Part shown: in pieces, positions 28,466 through 37,580 of the stretch
How positions within the stretch are numbered: position 1 is the stretch's first letter
Layout of the letters: every line of letters begins with the position of its first letter
NCBI GenBank assembly: GCA_042408215.1
Contig: JAYFMW010000022.1
Coordinates: forward strand, 35,974 to 99,973
DNA: 64,000 nucleotides
Source: Microcoleus sp.
GTDB taxonomy: Bacteria > Cyanobacteriota > Cyanobacteriia > Cyanobacteriales > Microcoleaceae
Reading direction: 5' to 3'
Notes under the pieces: generated by a model
Told to the model about the DNA's origin: nothing
The model's database searches: none
What the model saw: only the letters and a program-made list of their open reading frames with translations
Position numbers and translations under genes: made by a program

Positions 28466-30817
28466 ATGTCTAAAATAACTCGCCGACAACTGCTAATTTT
28501 CTTCGGTAGCAGTGCAGCTACCACTGTCCTTGCGCCTCAACTAACTCAAACACTATTCGGCATCAATTCTACCTCCGCCGAAGCTGCGATAAGTCCGCTA
28601 TCTTTCACTCCGTTAAGACTTCCTCACCCGCTACCAGTTTATCAGGAATTACCCAGTTTTATGCCGATCGCCCTAAACGGACAGGGAACCGTGATGGCGG
28701 CCTCGCAGAATACTAAATTAACCAGCTACAACGTTGTTGACGATGTGGTTGTGCCGCCGGAATACGAACGCTATGTAATTCTCCGCTGGGGCGATCGAGT
28801 TTTTCCCGATCCATCGGACTATTTCGGCTACAACAATGACTATACGGGCTTTGTAGGTATTCGCGGTAGCAATGACGACGGCTATCTCTGGGTAAACCAC
28901 GAGTATGTAGGTTTTCCGATGTCGAAAGTGGCGCCGGATACTCCCTCAGATGTGGCATCATTTCCCGCAACCGATCGCGCCGTCCTCGGTATAGACTTAT
29001 CGGTAAAAAATCGCGATACCCTCGGCGAATTTATGTACAATCTCGGTGGATCGATCGTCCGCATTACCAAACAGTCTAACGGTAGATTTGGGGCGATCGC
29101 CCGCGACTCCCTCAACCGCCGTATCCACGGACTTTCCGGCCTCGGAATCAACAGCCAGCGTTCCGACAAATACAAAGAAGTCACCTCCTGGGGAACCAGA
29201 AAAGGCGACGACAACTATCTTACAGCCACAGGCCCCGCAGCCACCCAAGTCTTCGCCCAAGTCAACAGCGACGGGCTGGGGAACCGCATCATCGGTACAG
29301 CCTACAACTGTTCCGGCGGCACAACCCCCTGGGGCACAATCCTCTCCGCCGAAGAAAACTTCCAGGGTAGCGAAGCATTCTTCGTCGGAGTTCAGGAAAA
29401 CATCAAACCCAACGGTAGCCAAACCGGCTACGCCAAGGGGACTACCGGTGAGGAATTCGGCTTAGTCGGCGAAAAATATGGCTGGATGGTAGAAGTCGAT
29501 CCCCAAAATCCAAGTTTCCGCCCCCGCAAACACACTGCTTTGGGTCGTTTCCGCCACGAAAACGTCGCGATTCGTGCCGAAGCAGGCCGCAAGTTAGTAG
29601 TGTACATGGGGGACGATCGCCGCGGCGGTCACACCTGGAAATTTGTCAGCAACGGTACTGTCACCAATCCCGCAGATAAAAACAACAGTCGCTTGTTTGA
29701 AGATGGCACATTGTACGTTGCCCAATATAACCGTAACGGTGCGGGAAGATGGTTGCCACTAGCATTAAATAGCCCGACAAATCCGGTGCGTCCTTCTAAA
29801 GTTGCCGAAGCAGAATTAGCCAGTTTTGGGAAAGCTCAAAGAGATGGCAATACTCGCCTGCCAAAACGTACCGGCATTGCAGCTCAAACCGAAGACGGCG
29901 GTGCTTTTGTGATGGATACAACGAATGAAGCAACAACAATTTCTGGCTACAAAGATAAAACTCTTGCTAGTTTCTACACCAGCCAAGGTGCGGTTTTAGT
30001 TGATGCTTTTTTAGCTGCTAATTTAATTGGCGGTACTCCGACGGCGCGGCCGGAAGATTTGGAAATTAACCCGACAACTAAGGAAGTTTTCATTGCTTAT
30101 ACTGACGGCGCACCTGGTAGTGACGGTTATCCAGATTCTCGGATTTTTACTGTTGCTAAATACGGTAGCGGAGTCAATAGCACCCAGCAGTCGGGAGGAA
30201 TTTACAAAATAATTGAAGATAGTTCCGATGGTGCGGGTTCGACATTCCGCTGGCAGCGTTTTGCTCAAGGTGGAGAAGCGGGTTCAGTTTCTGGCGCAGG
30301 ATTTGCTAGTGTAGACAATTTGGATTTTGACACTCAAGGCAATATTTGGGGTGTCACTGATATGTCTACTAGCACGCATAACGGTTTTGATGTAGGGAGT
30401 GTGGGAAAGCAAAGTGCGATCGACCACAAAAAGACTGGAAATGTGTCAGATTTTACTGGTGTTTTCGGCAACAATTGGCTGTTTTATATTCCGACTTCCG
30501 GCCCCAATGCGGGCACAGTAATTCCGTTTGCTTACGGGCCGAACCGGTGCGAAATGACGGGGCCGACTTTTGTGGGAGATACGCTGTTGCTTTCGGTGCA
30601 GCATCCGGGGGAAGATTGTCCGATCGATGATGGTACTGTATTGAGCCGCCAAATTGAAATGTTGGATTTGAACGGTGCTGTTTTCAATCAGACTAGGACT
30701 GTTTCTCGTGGTAGTTTGTGGCCGAGTAATATCTCGAATGATTCCCGTCGTTCCCCCATGCCTTCGGTGATTGGGATTCGTCGCGTGCGATCGACTACAA
30801 CCGGTCAGTTTGTGTAA
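28466..30817 (+). CDS. phoX: Alkaline phosphatase PhoX (Tat-exported)
   Basis: TRRQLL Tat motif; NHEY, NCSGG-TPWGT-LSAEEN, GRFRHE, RPED, DNL-FD, E-TGP, QHPGE. Confidence 0.92.
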   Translation: MSKITRRQLLIFFGSSAATTVLAPQLTQTLFGINSTSAEAAISPLSFTPLRLPHPLPVYQELPSFMPIALNGQGTVMAASQNTKLTSYNVVDDVVVPPEYERYVILRWGDRVFPDPSDYFGYNNDYTGFVGIRGSNDDGYLWVNHEYVGFPMSKVAPDTPSDVASFPATDRAVLGIDLSVKNRDTLGEFMYNLGGSIVRITKQSNGRFGAIARDSLNRRIHGLSGLGINSQRSDKYKEVTSWGTRKGDDNYLTATGPAATQVFAQVNSDGLGNRIIGTAYNCSGGTTPWGTILSAEENFQGSEAFFVGVQENIKPNGSQTGYAKGTTGEEFGLVGEKYGWMVEVDPQNPSFRPRKHTALGRFRHENVAIRAEAGRKLVVYMGDDRRGGHTWKFVSNGTVTNPADKNNSRLFEDGTLYVAQYNRNGAGRWLPLALNSPTNPVRPSKVAEAELASFGKAQRDGNTRLPKRTGIAAQTEDGGAFVMDTTNEATTISGYKDKTLASFYTSQGAVLVDAFLAANLIGGTPTARPEDLEINPTTKEVFIAYTDGAPGSDGYPDSRIFTVAKYGSGVNSTQQSGGIYKIIEDSSDGAGSTFRWQRFAQGGEAGSVSGAGFASVDNLDFDTQGNIWGVTDMSTSTHNGFDVGSVGKQSAIDHKKTGNVSDFTGVFGNNWLFYIPTSGPNAGTVIPFAYGPNRCEMTGPTFVGDTLLLSVQHPGEDCPIDDGTVLSRQIEMLDLNGAVFNQTRTVSRGSLWPSNISNDSRRSPMPSVIGIRRVRSTTTGQFV

Positions 30818-30819
30818 AT

Positions 30820-30928
30820 AGTCCTGGACGCATCGGGGCCCAGAAACCGGATTTTTTGCCCAGATATGTCGTCGCAGTCGGCAGATTTGGTAAAAACCCG
30901 GTTATGAAGGTCGAGTGCGTAAATCCTG
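30820..30928. repeat. MITE-like repeat (AGTCCTGGACGCA...TGCGTAAATCCT) with an internal AGAAACCGG/CCCGGTT palindrome
   Basis: Similar element at about 26118-26231. Confidence 0.6.
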
Positions 30929-30933
30929 CTTAA

Positions 30934-31397
30934 TTGACACTCCCCGGCAGTCAGGGCGCGGGGATTCTTGGTTCACAGACATACCTTAAAATTGTCCATC
31001 CTTTCGGCAATACTTAAACCAAAAACCCGTTCGATAGAACCTGTGTTTTGAGCCTAATTTGAACAATCCCAGAGGGCTGATCTCCCCAAGCTTTTAAGAG
31101 TTTCCTCTCTGGTTTCCGTGTGCCCCACGGTACGTTTAATATTCAAGATTTTAGTTTTCTGGTCTGGGTTACGTTAGTTACCCTAGCTCTGTTTTTCGTG
31201 GTGTTCGCCACCCACTAACCATTATTATTTCCCGACCAGTCGTTTGAGCTTGGTGCGCACTGTGTATCGGCGGTTATTCTACCTGTAGTATTACTCTATT
31301 ATACCATACTGTTAAATTGATTTCCGAAAACCTTGAACAAGAAATTTAGATAATTAAAGCCGTCCTAAAAGGACGGGGCTTTAGACCCAATTTTCTG
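30934..31397 (-). mobile_element. Gene-less miniature IS200/IS605 derivative (PATE-like) retaining the tnpB 3' end and omegaRNA region
   Basis: Right end GAAT-hairpin-TCAA (TTGA 30934-30937); left end TTAC|CAGAAAATTGGGTCTAAAG-CCCCGTCC; residual tnpB tail KILNIKRTVGHTET at about 31110-31155. Confidence 0.85.
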
Positions 31398-31610
31398 GTA
31401 AGCCCATCTCCAAAAGCTAAATACCCAGAGCCCCGACTTCACCCAAGAAGTCGGGCTCTGAAATATTAGTCTCAAGCGAGAGGGACGAAAGTTTGTGTAG
31501 TAGCGATCGCCTCGCCTAGTAAATTGTCAAGTTTTTTTGCGAAACAGACTTGACAATTTAGTAAAGTGGTAAGGATAATGGGATTAAGACCCTGACCTCG
31601 GATTTGAGTG

Positions 31611-32327
31611 ATGAAAAGGAGTCAAGTCAACACAGCAGAGTTAATTCGCAGACAGATTGAGGAACGGCCAGAAGGCTATTGGCGGCACTCTGACTTTTCT
31701 AACCTGCCGTCAACTGCGGTCAGCAAGGCACTTTCCCGAATGGCGGAAAACGGAATTTTGGAGCGAGTCAGCAAAGGACTATACTATCGATCGCGCCCGA
31801 CTCGATTTGGTCGCAGTCGTCCCTCTCCAAGCGATATCCAAAAACTGCTGACAAAACAGAACTTGCATCCGGCTGGACTGAGTGCGGCTAATTTATTGGG
31901 GTTTACCACTCAAAACGCAATTCAAGGTGAATTTGCTACCTCAGCGAACAGTGTCCCCCGCACTATAATTGGTTCTCGCGCCCGACTCCACACTCGCAGA
32001 CCTGAAACTTGGAATCGCTTAGAAGCGACTGATGCAGCAATGCTTGATTTTTTAAGGTCTAGGGGTAAGTTGAGCGAGTTGTCTCTGACGGAGACTAAGC
32101 AAAGGTTGCTAGACTATTTTCGAGAAGGATCTCGCTTTGAACGTTTGTTGGCAGTTGCAGATGCGGAACCGCCACGAGTACGAGCTATGCTGGGTGCGAT
32201 CGGACAGGAACTCAGAAAGAGTCTTAAAGAGCTAGAAAAACTCCGAAAAAGCCTAAATCCAGTCTCTCGGTTTGATTTTGGTAACTTCAGCAATCTGAGT
32301 TATGCCAAGGAGTGGCAAGCCGAGTGA
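31611..32327 (+). CDS. Type IV TA antitoxin, AbiEi-like (DUF6088-type)
   Basis: N-terminal wHTH (KALSRM---G-LERV-KGLYY), AAN-LG-TTQ. Confidence 0.8.
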   Translation: MKRSQVNTAELIRRQIEERPEGYWRHSDFSNLPSTAVSKALSRMAENGILERVSKGLYYRSRPTRFGRSRPSPSDIQKLLTKQNLHPAGLSAANLLGFTTQNAIQGEFATSANSVPRTIIGSRARLHTRRPETWNRLEATDAAMLDFLRSRGKLSELSLTETKQRLLDYFREGSRFERLLAVADAEPPRVRAMLGAIGQELRKSLKELEKLRKSLNPVSRFDFGNFSNLSYAKEWQAE

Positions 32328-33283
32328 AAATGTTTGAACATCCTGATTTCCGCGATGCTGTCATCGCAGCTAGGGAACATTTCGATCGCTTTGGACTCAC
32401 CGAACAATTCATCGAGAAAGATTACTATGTCACCTCGGCGCTGCGAATTGTGGCGAATCAGTGGCGTACTCAAGTCATTTTTAAAGGCGGAACCAGTCTC
32501 TCGAAGGGGTGGAAACTGATAGAACGATTCTCGGAGGATATCGATCTGTTTTTGAACAAACAGGCATTCGTTCCTCCCCTTGGTGCAAACAGAATTGATC
32601 GAGAATTAGCAGCAATCGAAAGTGCTGTGGGAGAGCATCCTGCTTTGACGCTAGAACCTGATTCGTCCAAGCGGAAGCGGGGGGTTTTTCGCAATAGCTA
32701 TTTCAGCTACACTCAGCAATTTTCGGGGAATCAGGCGATCGCCAATCGTGTATTCTTAGAAATGGGAACTCGCAGCGGCACTTATCCTACGCAGACTGTA
32801 CAACTGTCTTCCTATGTGGCTGAATTTCTGCGTGAAATTGGGCAGAGTCTTGATACTGAAGATGAATTGCCTTTCTCTATGCTATTGCTGGACTTTCGGC
32901 GCACCTTTGTTGAGAAGCTGTTTGCAATTCACTCTAAAGTAGTGAAGATTCAGCAGGATGGGCAATCAATTGGAACCTACGCCAGACATTACTACGACCT
33001 GTTTTGTTTAGCTCAAAAGTCCGAAGTGCGCCAAATGTTCCAAACTGAGGAATACAGCCAGATTAAAGAGGATTGCGATCGCATTAGCCGCGAACACTTC
33101 CCAGATGATCGGCCGCCGTCAGCGATGAAATTCTCAAACAGTTCGGCTCTCTTCCCAACTGGAGAACTGCGTCAAACTATTGCTAGAGAATACGAACAGC
33201 AGTGCGGTAGACTCTGCTATGGAAATTATCCAACATGGGAGGAGATTGAAGCTTGTTTTGAAGAACTTCGCGATCGACTTTGA
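32324..33283 (+). CDS. Type IV TA toxin, nucleotidyltransferase AbiEii/AbiGii
   Basis: IEKDYY, FKGGTSL-K, RFSEDID, EKL, RHYYDL; GTGA overlap with the antitoxin. Confidence 0.92.
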   Translation: MKMFEHPDFRDAVIAAREHFDRFGLTEQFIEKDYYVTSALRIVANQWRTQVIFKGGTSLSKGWKLIERFSEDIDLFLNKQAFVPPLGANRIDRELAAIESAVGEHPALTLEPDSSKRKRGVFRNSYFSYTQQFSGNQAIANRVFLEMGTRSGTYPTQTVQLSSYVAEFLREIGQSLDTEDELPFSMLLLDFRRTFVEKLFAIHSKVVKIQQDGQSIGTYARHYYDLFCLAQKSEVRQMFQTEEYSQIKEDCDRISREHFPDDRPPSAMKFSNSSALFPTGELRQTIAREYEQQCGRLCYGNYPTWEEIEACFEELRDRL

Positions 33284-33441
33284 CCAAGAATTTCTTGATG
33301 GTACAAGCCCCCGGATTTATCCGTGGAATCAATCCAAAATCGAAAATCCTCAAGAAAGAGCATTTATCCGTGGGGTCAATCTAAAATCTAAAATCTAAAA
33401 TCTAAAATCGATTGACTGTTGAGCCTGAAGCATATCGTTGG

Positions 33442-34818
33442 TTATAACCCTTTGATATATTCCCTGATTACTGGCGGCAGAGTGTAAAAATTTGCTTGTT
33501 GTTCAATCCAGCAGCGCCGCGATAGAGATTGCAGCGAATTTACCAAATTTGACAGCGGAATCATGTCATTTTCTAGCAGTTTTGCCCGGTTGATTGGCTG
33601 GCTTTCTTTCGCCAACAAGGAGATTACTTGTTTTTCTAGTTCCGATAGGCGATCGAACTGCTGCTGTAAAACATCTTTCAAATCTTCCGGCAACAATATG
33701 GTATCATTTGGTAATAACTCTGTCACGCCTCCACCCAATTCTTGAATCAGACTGGCCACGCTTTTTAACCATAACGGGTTGCCTTGGTAGCGATGAATGA
33801 GTGTTTCGCTGTTGTCGATTTCTGCTAACCCATTATCTCTCAGTATTTCCCCGGCGGCTGCGATGTCTAAACCTTTGAGTTGTAAAGTACGAATGGGAGT
33901 ATTTTGGTTTTTAACTTGAGTCACTTCTCTGGGTTGTTCCCAACCGATTAGCAGCAAGCAACTTTGATGGGATAATTTTTCTATTTGTTTGAATAAAGAG
34001 CGATATTCTTCGGATTCTGGTTTATATTTTCCTGCAAATTCGCCGCTACAGAAAAGGTGGTGAACGTCATCTAAAACTATTAAACATCGATGGTTTTGTA
34101 AATACTTAATCAGCGGTAAGTGTTTCTGGTTTGTTGGGGATGAATCTTGTTTTTCTGAGTTGGATAAAAGCTGTATTAGGTTAGATTGAAATTTATCTAT
34201 GGTGGGGAATTCGTCTAGTGTGTACCAAACTGCGTACTCAAACTCGTCTTTGATTTGTTTTACGAGTTGTACTGCTATGGTGGTTTTGCCGATTCCGCTG
34301 ATACCGATGAGGGTAATCATGCGGCTGTTTTGTTGTAGAATCCAGGTTGTGAGGGTTTGGAGTTCGGAAGTGCGATCGTAAAAATCACCCAACTCTGGCA
34401 TTTCGCTTAAATCGTGATGTAAAGTTGGGGTTTGTTGTGGGTTAGAGGTTTGCTGATTGGGTGGGTGTGAGTTTGGGATGTTTGGCGGGTGTCTAGCTTC
34501 TCCACAATAATTAACGCAACTTATTTGCACACAGTCTTGTGCAAAATGCGAAACAATGGAGACTTGGAACCTCTCCATTGCCGATCTAAAATTTTTTTTA
34601 TTAATATCTTCTCCCAACTCTTCTGAAAATATCTGCCATAATTCCGATCCGATTTCCCTGATACGACTTTCAGAACAGTCAAAGTCTTTCGCTATTGCTT
34701 TGTATGTCTCACGTTGTAGAGTGCCTTTGAGTACCGCTTCCTGTAAATCGTCAAGGTGTTGACCCGTTTTAGCAAATACTAGAGCGTCAGCGAATTTTAA
34801 CATTTCTTTAAGATTCAT
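33442..34818 (-). CDS. NB-ARC/STAND NTPase with an N-terminal wHTH and no C-terminal repeats
   Basis: FYDRT-EL, GISGIGKTT, LIVLDD, GNPL-L; ends Y-L-PVIREY-K. Confidence 0.85.
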   Translation of the reverse strand: MNLKEMLKFADALVFAKTGQHLDDLQEAVLKGTLQRETYKAIAKDFDCSESRIREIGSELWQIFSEELGEDINKKNFRSAMERFQVSIVSHFAQDCVQISCVNYCGEARHPPNIPNSHPPNQQTSNPQQTPTLHHDLSEMPELGDFYDRTSELQTLTTWILQQNSRMITLIGISGIGKTTIAVQLVKQIKDEFEYAVWYTLDEFPTIDKFQSNLIQLLSNSEKQDSSPTNQKHLPLIKYLQNHRCLIVLDDVHHLFCSGEFAGKYKPESEEYRSLFKQIEKLSHQSCLLLIGWEQPREVTQVKNQNTPIRTLQLKGLDIAAAGEILRDNGLAEIDNSETLIHRYQGNPLWLKSVASLIQELGGGVTELLPNDTILLPEDLKDVLQQQFDRLSELEKQVISLLAKESQPINRAKLLENDMIPLSNLVNSLQSLSRRCWIEQQANFYTLPPVIREYIKGL

Positions 34819-35088
34819 CTGGTTAGGTAGATGCGATTATTTTATGTATTATAACTCACATCTGCCAACATTTTCGTACATTTTCGTACAGTCTCGTACA
34901 AAGCCAGATGAAAGAGAGTGAAACTGGGGGTAAATTGGCGGCAAAATAGGACATTTTGGGGCTAGACAAAGTTTTGATTTGTAAGGAATAATGGGAAAAG
35001 TATAAAGCGTAAATTCAAAGATTAAACCCTTGCCGCTTTATAGCCTCTATTGTTGTGTTAAAACGCCTTAATCGTGTTGTGAAATAAT

Positions 35089-36012
35089 ATGAGCCGTAAG
35101 AGCCGTAAGGGTCTAGCAATCATAAGTATTTACTTATTCCTCTTAATTGTTATTATATGGTGGATATTTTCTTCTAATTTTCCACATCCAGAAGCTGCTG
35201 TAACTATTGTAATTTTCGTATCTGGTGCAATTGGAGCATTGTTATTTAATCCTCTCCGAGACGAATTAGATTCTTTTATTAGTAATTTATTTATCGAACA
35301 AACAATTTATAGGATTTGCATTTTTGGTCGCCCTGGCAGTGGTAAAACTACTTTTATAGAAACTGCTTTTACGCTCGCAGATCCCGATAAAAATAGAAAA
35401 TCAACTGATGCTTTTGACTATTATCATTTCCAGATTCAGTTCGGATTAAATAACTCCCCCCTGCGGGAAGTGGCAATAGCGGACTACAAAGGGCAAAAGC
35501 CCAGTCAGGTAATACTGGAAAGTTCGCCAGACTTTTTTGGTGCTGAAGGTCGTCGTGTAATTAATGCGATTTTATTCATTGTAGATATTGTCCCTAGAAA
35601 AAGTGACGAACATGGCAACCCGCTTAATGATGAATCTCTACTTAAGTGGCTTAGTGAGGGAAATATCTTAGAGAAAATAAAATTCAGAGTTCAAGAACAA
35701 TACGAATACATTAATCAAGCTTCCTTAGAATTACTCCTTACTAGCTTACATAGCAAAAACTTGAAAAGTGTTATATTTGCGATCAATAAATTAGATATAA
35801 TTGATAAATTGATCGATCGCGGATATTTAGATATCAGCCAATTTCAGAATTCTACAGAGTATGCTGAACATCATTTTGAAAGGATGAGCAACGAAATTGA
35901 GAGAGCTTGTTCGGAATCGAAGATAGAAAATTTTTCAAGTTTTACAATATCTGCAAAAAAGACAGACGATCTTAAACCTTTAATCCGCCGTCTATTAACA
36001 GGAGGGAATTGA
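35089..36012 (+). CDS. Membrane-anchored P-loop GTPase (TRAFAC-like)
   Basis: Two N-terminal TM helices; G1 GRPGSGKT, G3 DYKG, G4 NKLD, G5 SAK. Confidence 0.8.
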   Translation: MSRKSRKGLAIISIYLFLLIVIIWWIFSSNFPHPEAAVTIVIFVSGAIGALLFNPLRDELDSFISNLFIEQTIYRICIFGRPGSGKTTFIETAFTLADPDKNRKSTDAFDYYHFQIQFGLNNSPLREVAIADYKGQKPSQVILESSPDFFGAEGRRVINAILFIVDIVPRKSDEHGNPLNDESLLKWLSEGNILEKIKFRVQEQYEYINQASLELLLTSLHSKNLKSVIFAINKLDIIDKLIDRGYLDISQFQNSTEYAEHHFERMSNEIERACSESKIENFSSFTISAKKTDDLKPLIRRLLTGGN

Positions 36013-36014
36013 AT

Positions 36015-36284
36015 ATGTCTGAAGAACCACCGAAATATAGCGATTCTGGAGAACAGGTAGACTATAAAGTTATCAAGTCTTATGGACGTGCCAGTAGATC
36101 CATTGTACCCAATAACTTATATTATACAGTTGCTGTTGTTATCATCGTTTTAATTTATTTTGTGACAATTTTTCAGACAGCAGAATTTAGAGAAACAGTG
36201 GAAAAAAGAGTAACACAATTGGAAAAAAGAGTAACGGAATTGGAAACAAAGCTTACTAAACTAGAATCTCAGCGATCGAGATAA
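36015..36284 (+). CDS. Small TM + coiled-coil protein
   Basis: Abuts the GTPase stop; one TM helix; heptads VEKRVTQLEKRVTELETKLTKLE with a 21-bp internal duplication. Confidence 0.7.
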   Translation: MSEEPPKYSDSGEQVDYKVIKSYGRASRSIVPNNLYYTVAVVIIVLIYFVTIFQTAEFRETVEKRVTQLEKRVTELETKLTKLESQRSR

Positions 36285-36411
36285 ATTTATGTTCTGAGAG
36301 ACCTTATCGGTTAGCTTGACGCTCCTGAAACCCAACCACTTTTTCCCCTCACCATCTGATCGCGTTGGAAATTGTCTGAGGTACGCGGTCCTTACACGGC
36401 AGGTAGCAGGT

Positions 36412-36647
36412 AGGGACACTCAAGCGTGCCCATTGGTGTCAACTTAACGTCAAACCCAGTCAGAGACTGCTGTTTGACTATTAAGCCTAGATCCCCCCTA
36501 GCCCCCCTTCCCAAGGGGGGGACAAGAGTCTTCTCAAAGTCCCCCTTCTTAAGGGGGATTTAGGGGGATCTGGACTCAGGTAAAAACGAGATTTATCAAG
36601 GCTTTCAGGCTTAAGTTGACACCTATGGGCACGCTTGAGTATCCCTA
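36412..36647. mobile_element. About 236-bp MITE (family C) with 37-bp inverted ends, carrying a family D hairpin
   Basis: TAGGGACACTCAAGCGTGCCCATTGGTGTCAACTTAA...TTAAGTTGACACCTATGGGCACGCTTGAGTATCCCTA; near-identical to 50621-50858. Confidence 0.9.
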
Positions 36648-36687
36648 CTCAGGCGATCGCGCCACCACAAGAAACCGCTTCCAACCC

Positions 36688-37128
36688 AGAAACCGGGTTT
36701 CTCAAATAGCTGTTGCATCTCAACCGAGATTTGGTTAAGAAACCCGGTTTCTCATCCCCACGCGATACGGCCCAGAAACCGGGTTTCTCAGATCACTTTT
36801 GTCTCCCAACCGAGATTTGGTTAAGAAACCCGGTTTCTCATCCCCACGCGATACGGCTAAACCCAGAAACCGGGTTTCTCAGATCACTTTTGTCTCCCAA
36901 CCGAGATTAGGTTAAGAAACCCGGTTTCTCATCCCCACGCGATACGGCTAAACCCAGAAACCGGGTTTCTCAGATATCTTTTGTCTCCCAACCGAGATTT
37001 TATTCAGAAACCCGGTTTCTCATCCCCACGCGATCGCGCTCACAAGAAACCGGGTTTCTCAAATAGCTGTTGCATCTCAACCGAGATTTGGTTAAGAAAC
37101 CCGGTTTCTCATCCCCACGCGATACGGC
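36688..37128. repeat. Tandem array of 5 x 86-91-bp units, each with AGAAACCGGGTTTCT...AGAAACCCGGTTTCT inverted repeats
   Basis: Units start at 36688, 36774, 36865, 36956 and 37045. Confidence 0.9.
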
Positions 37129-37580
37129 CACCATCAGAAGCCGCGATGATGATTGTAGAGGTCGCGATACGGCCCCATATTAAATTTAACTTCATTTTTT
37201 CTTTTCGCCATGTTCCCCTTGATAATGCGATGATTGTACTGGTAGCGATCGCCCCATTAAAACGAATAGCGTGAATCTGATGATTTCGCTGAACCGCTGG
37301 AAGATTTAAAGGAATATATATAACATGGAATCCCTGTCTCGTAAATAGCGTGACTTGAGAGCAGTCCAATCTCTCATAATCCTTCTATTGATTGTTTTTA
37401 TCTCAGACTCCAGAAACTTCGATCGATTCTAGCTTACCTCAAAGCTGTTCGCATTTACCAGTATCTTGACATCAGGATTTACTAGCGCTCTTTGCTTGCC
37501 AAAAGAAGCCGTTTAATTAAGTTTTATGTAGGCATTTGGAATCAAGGCTAAGCTAGATGTAATAAAACACTATAGCTTGT

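Noticed and set aside
36688..37128. CRISPR array
   Set aside because: Only two recurring inner sequences; the repeat is a dispersed palindrome family; no cas genes
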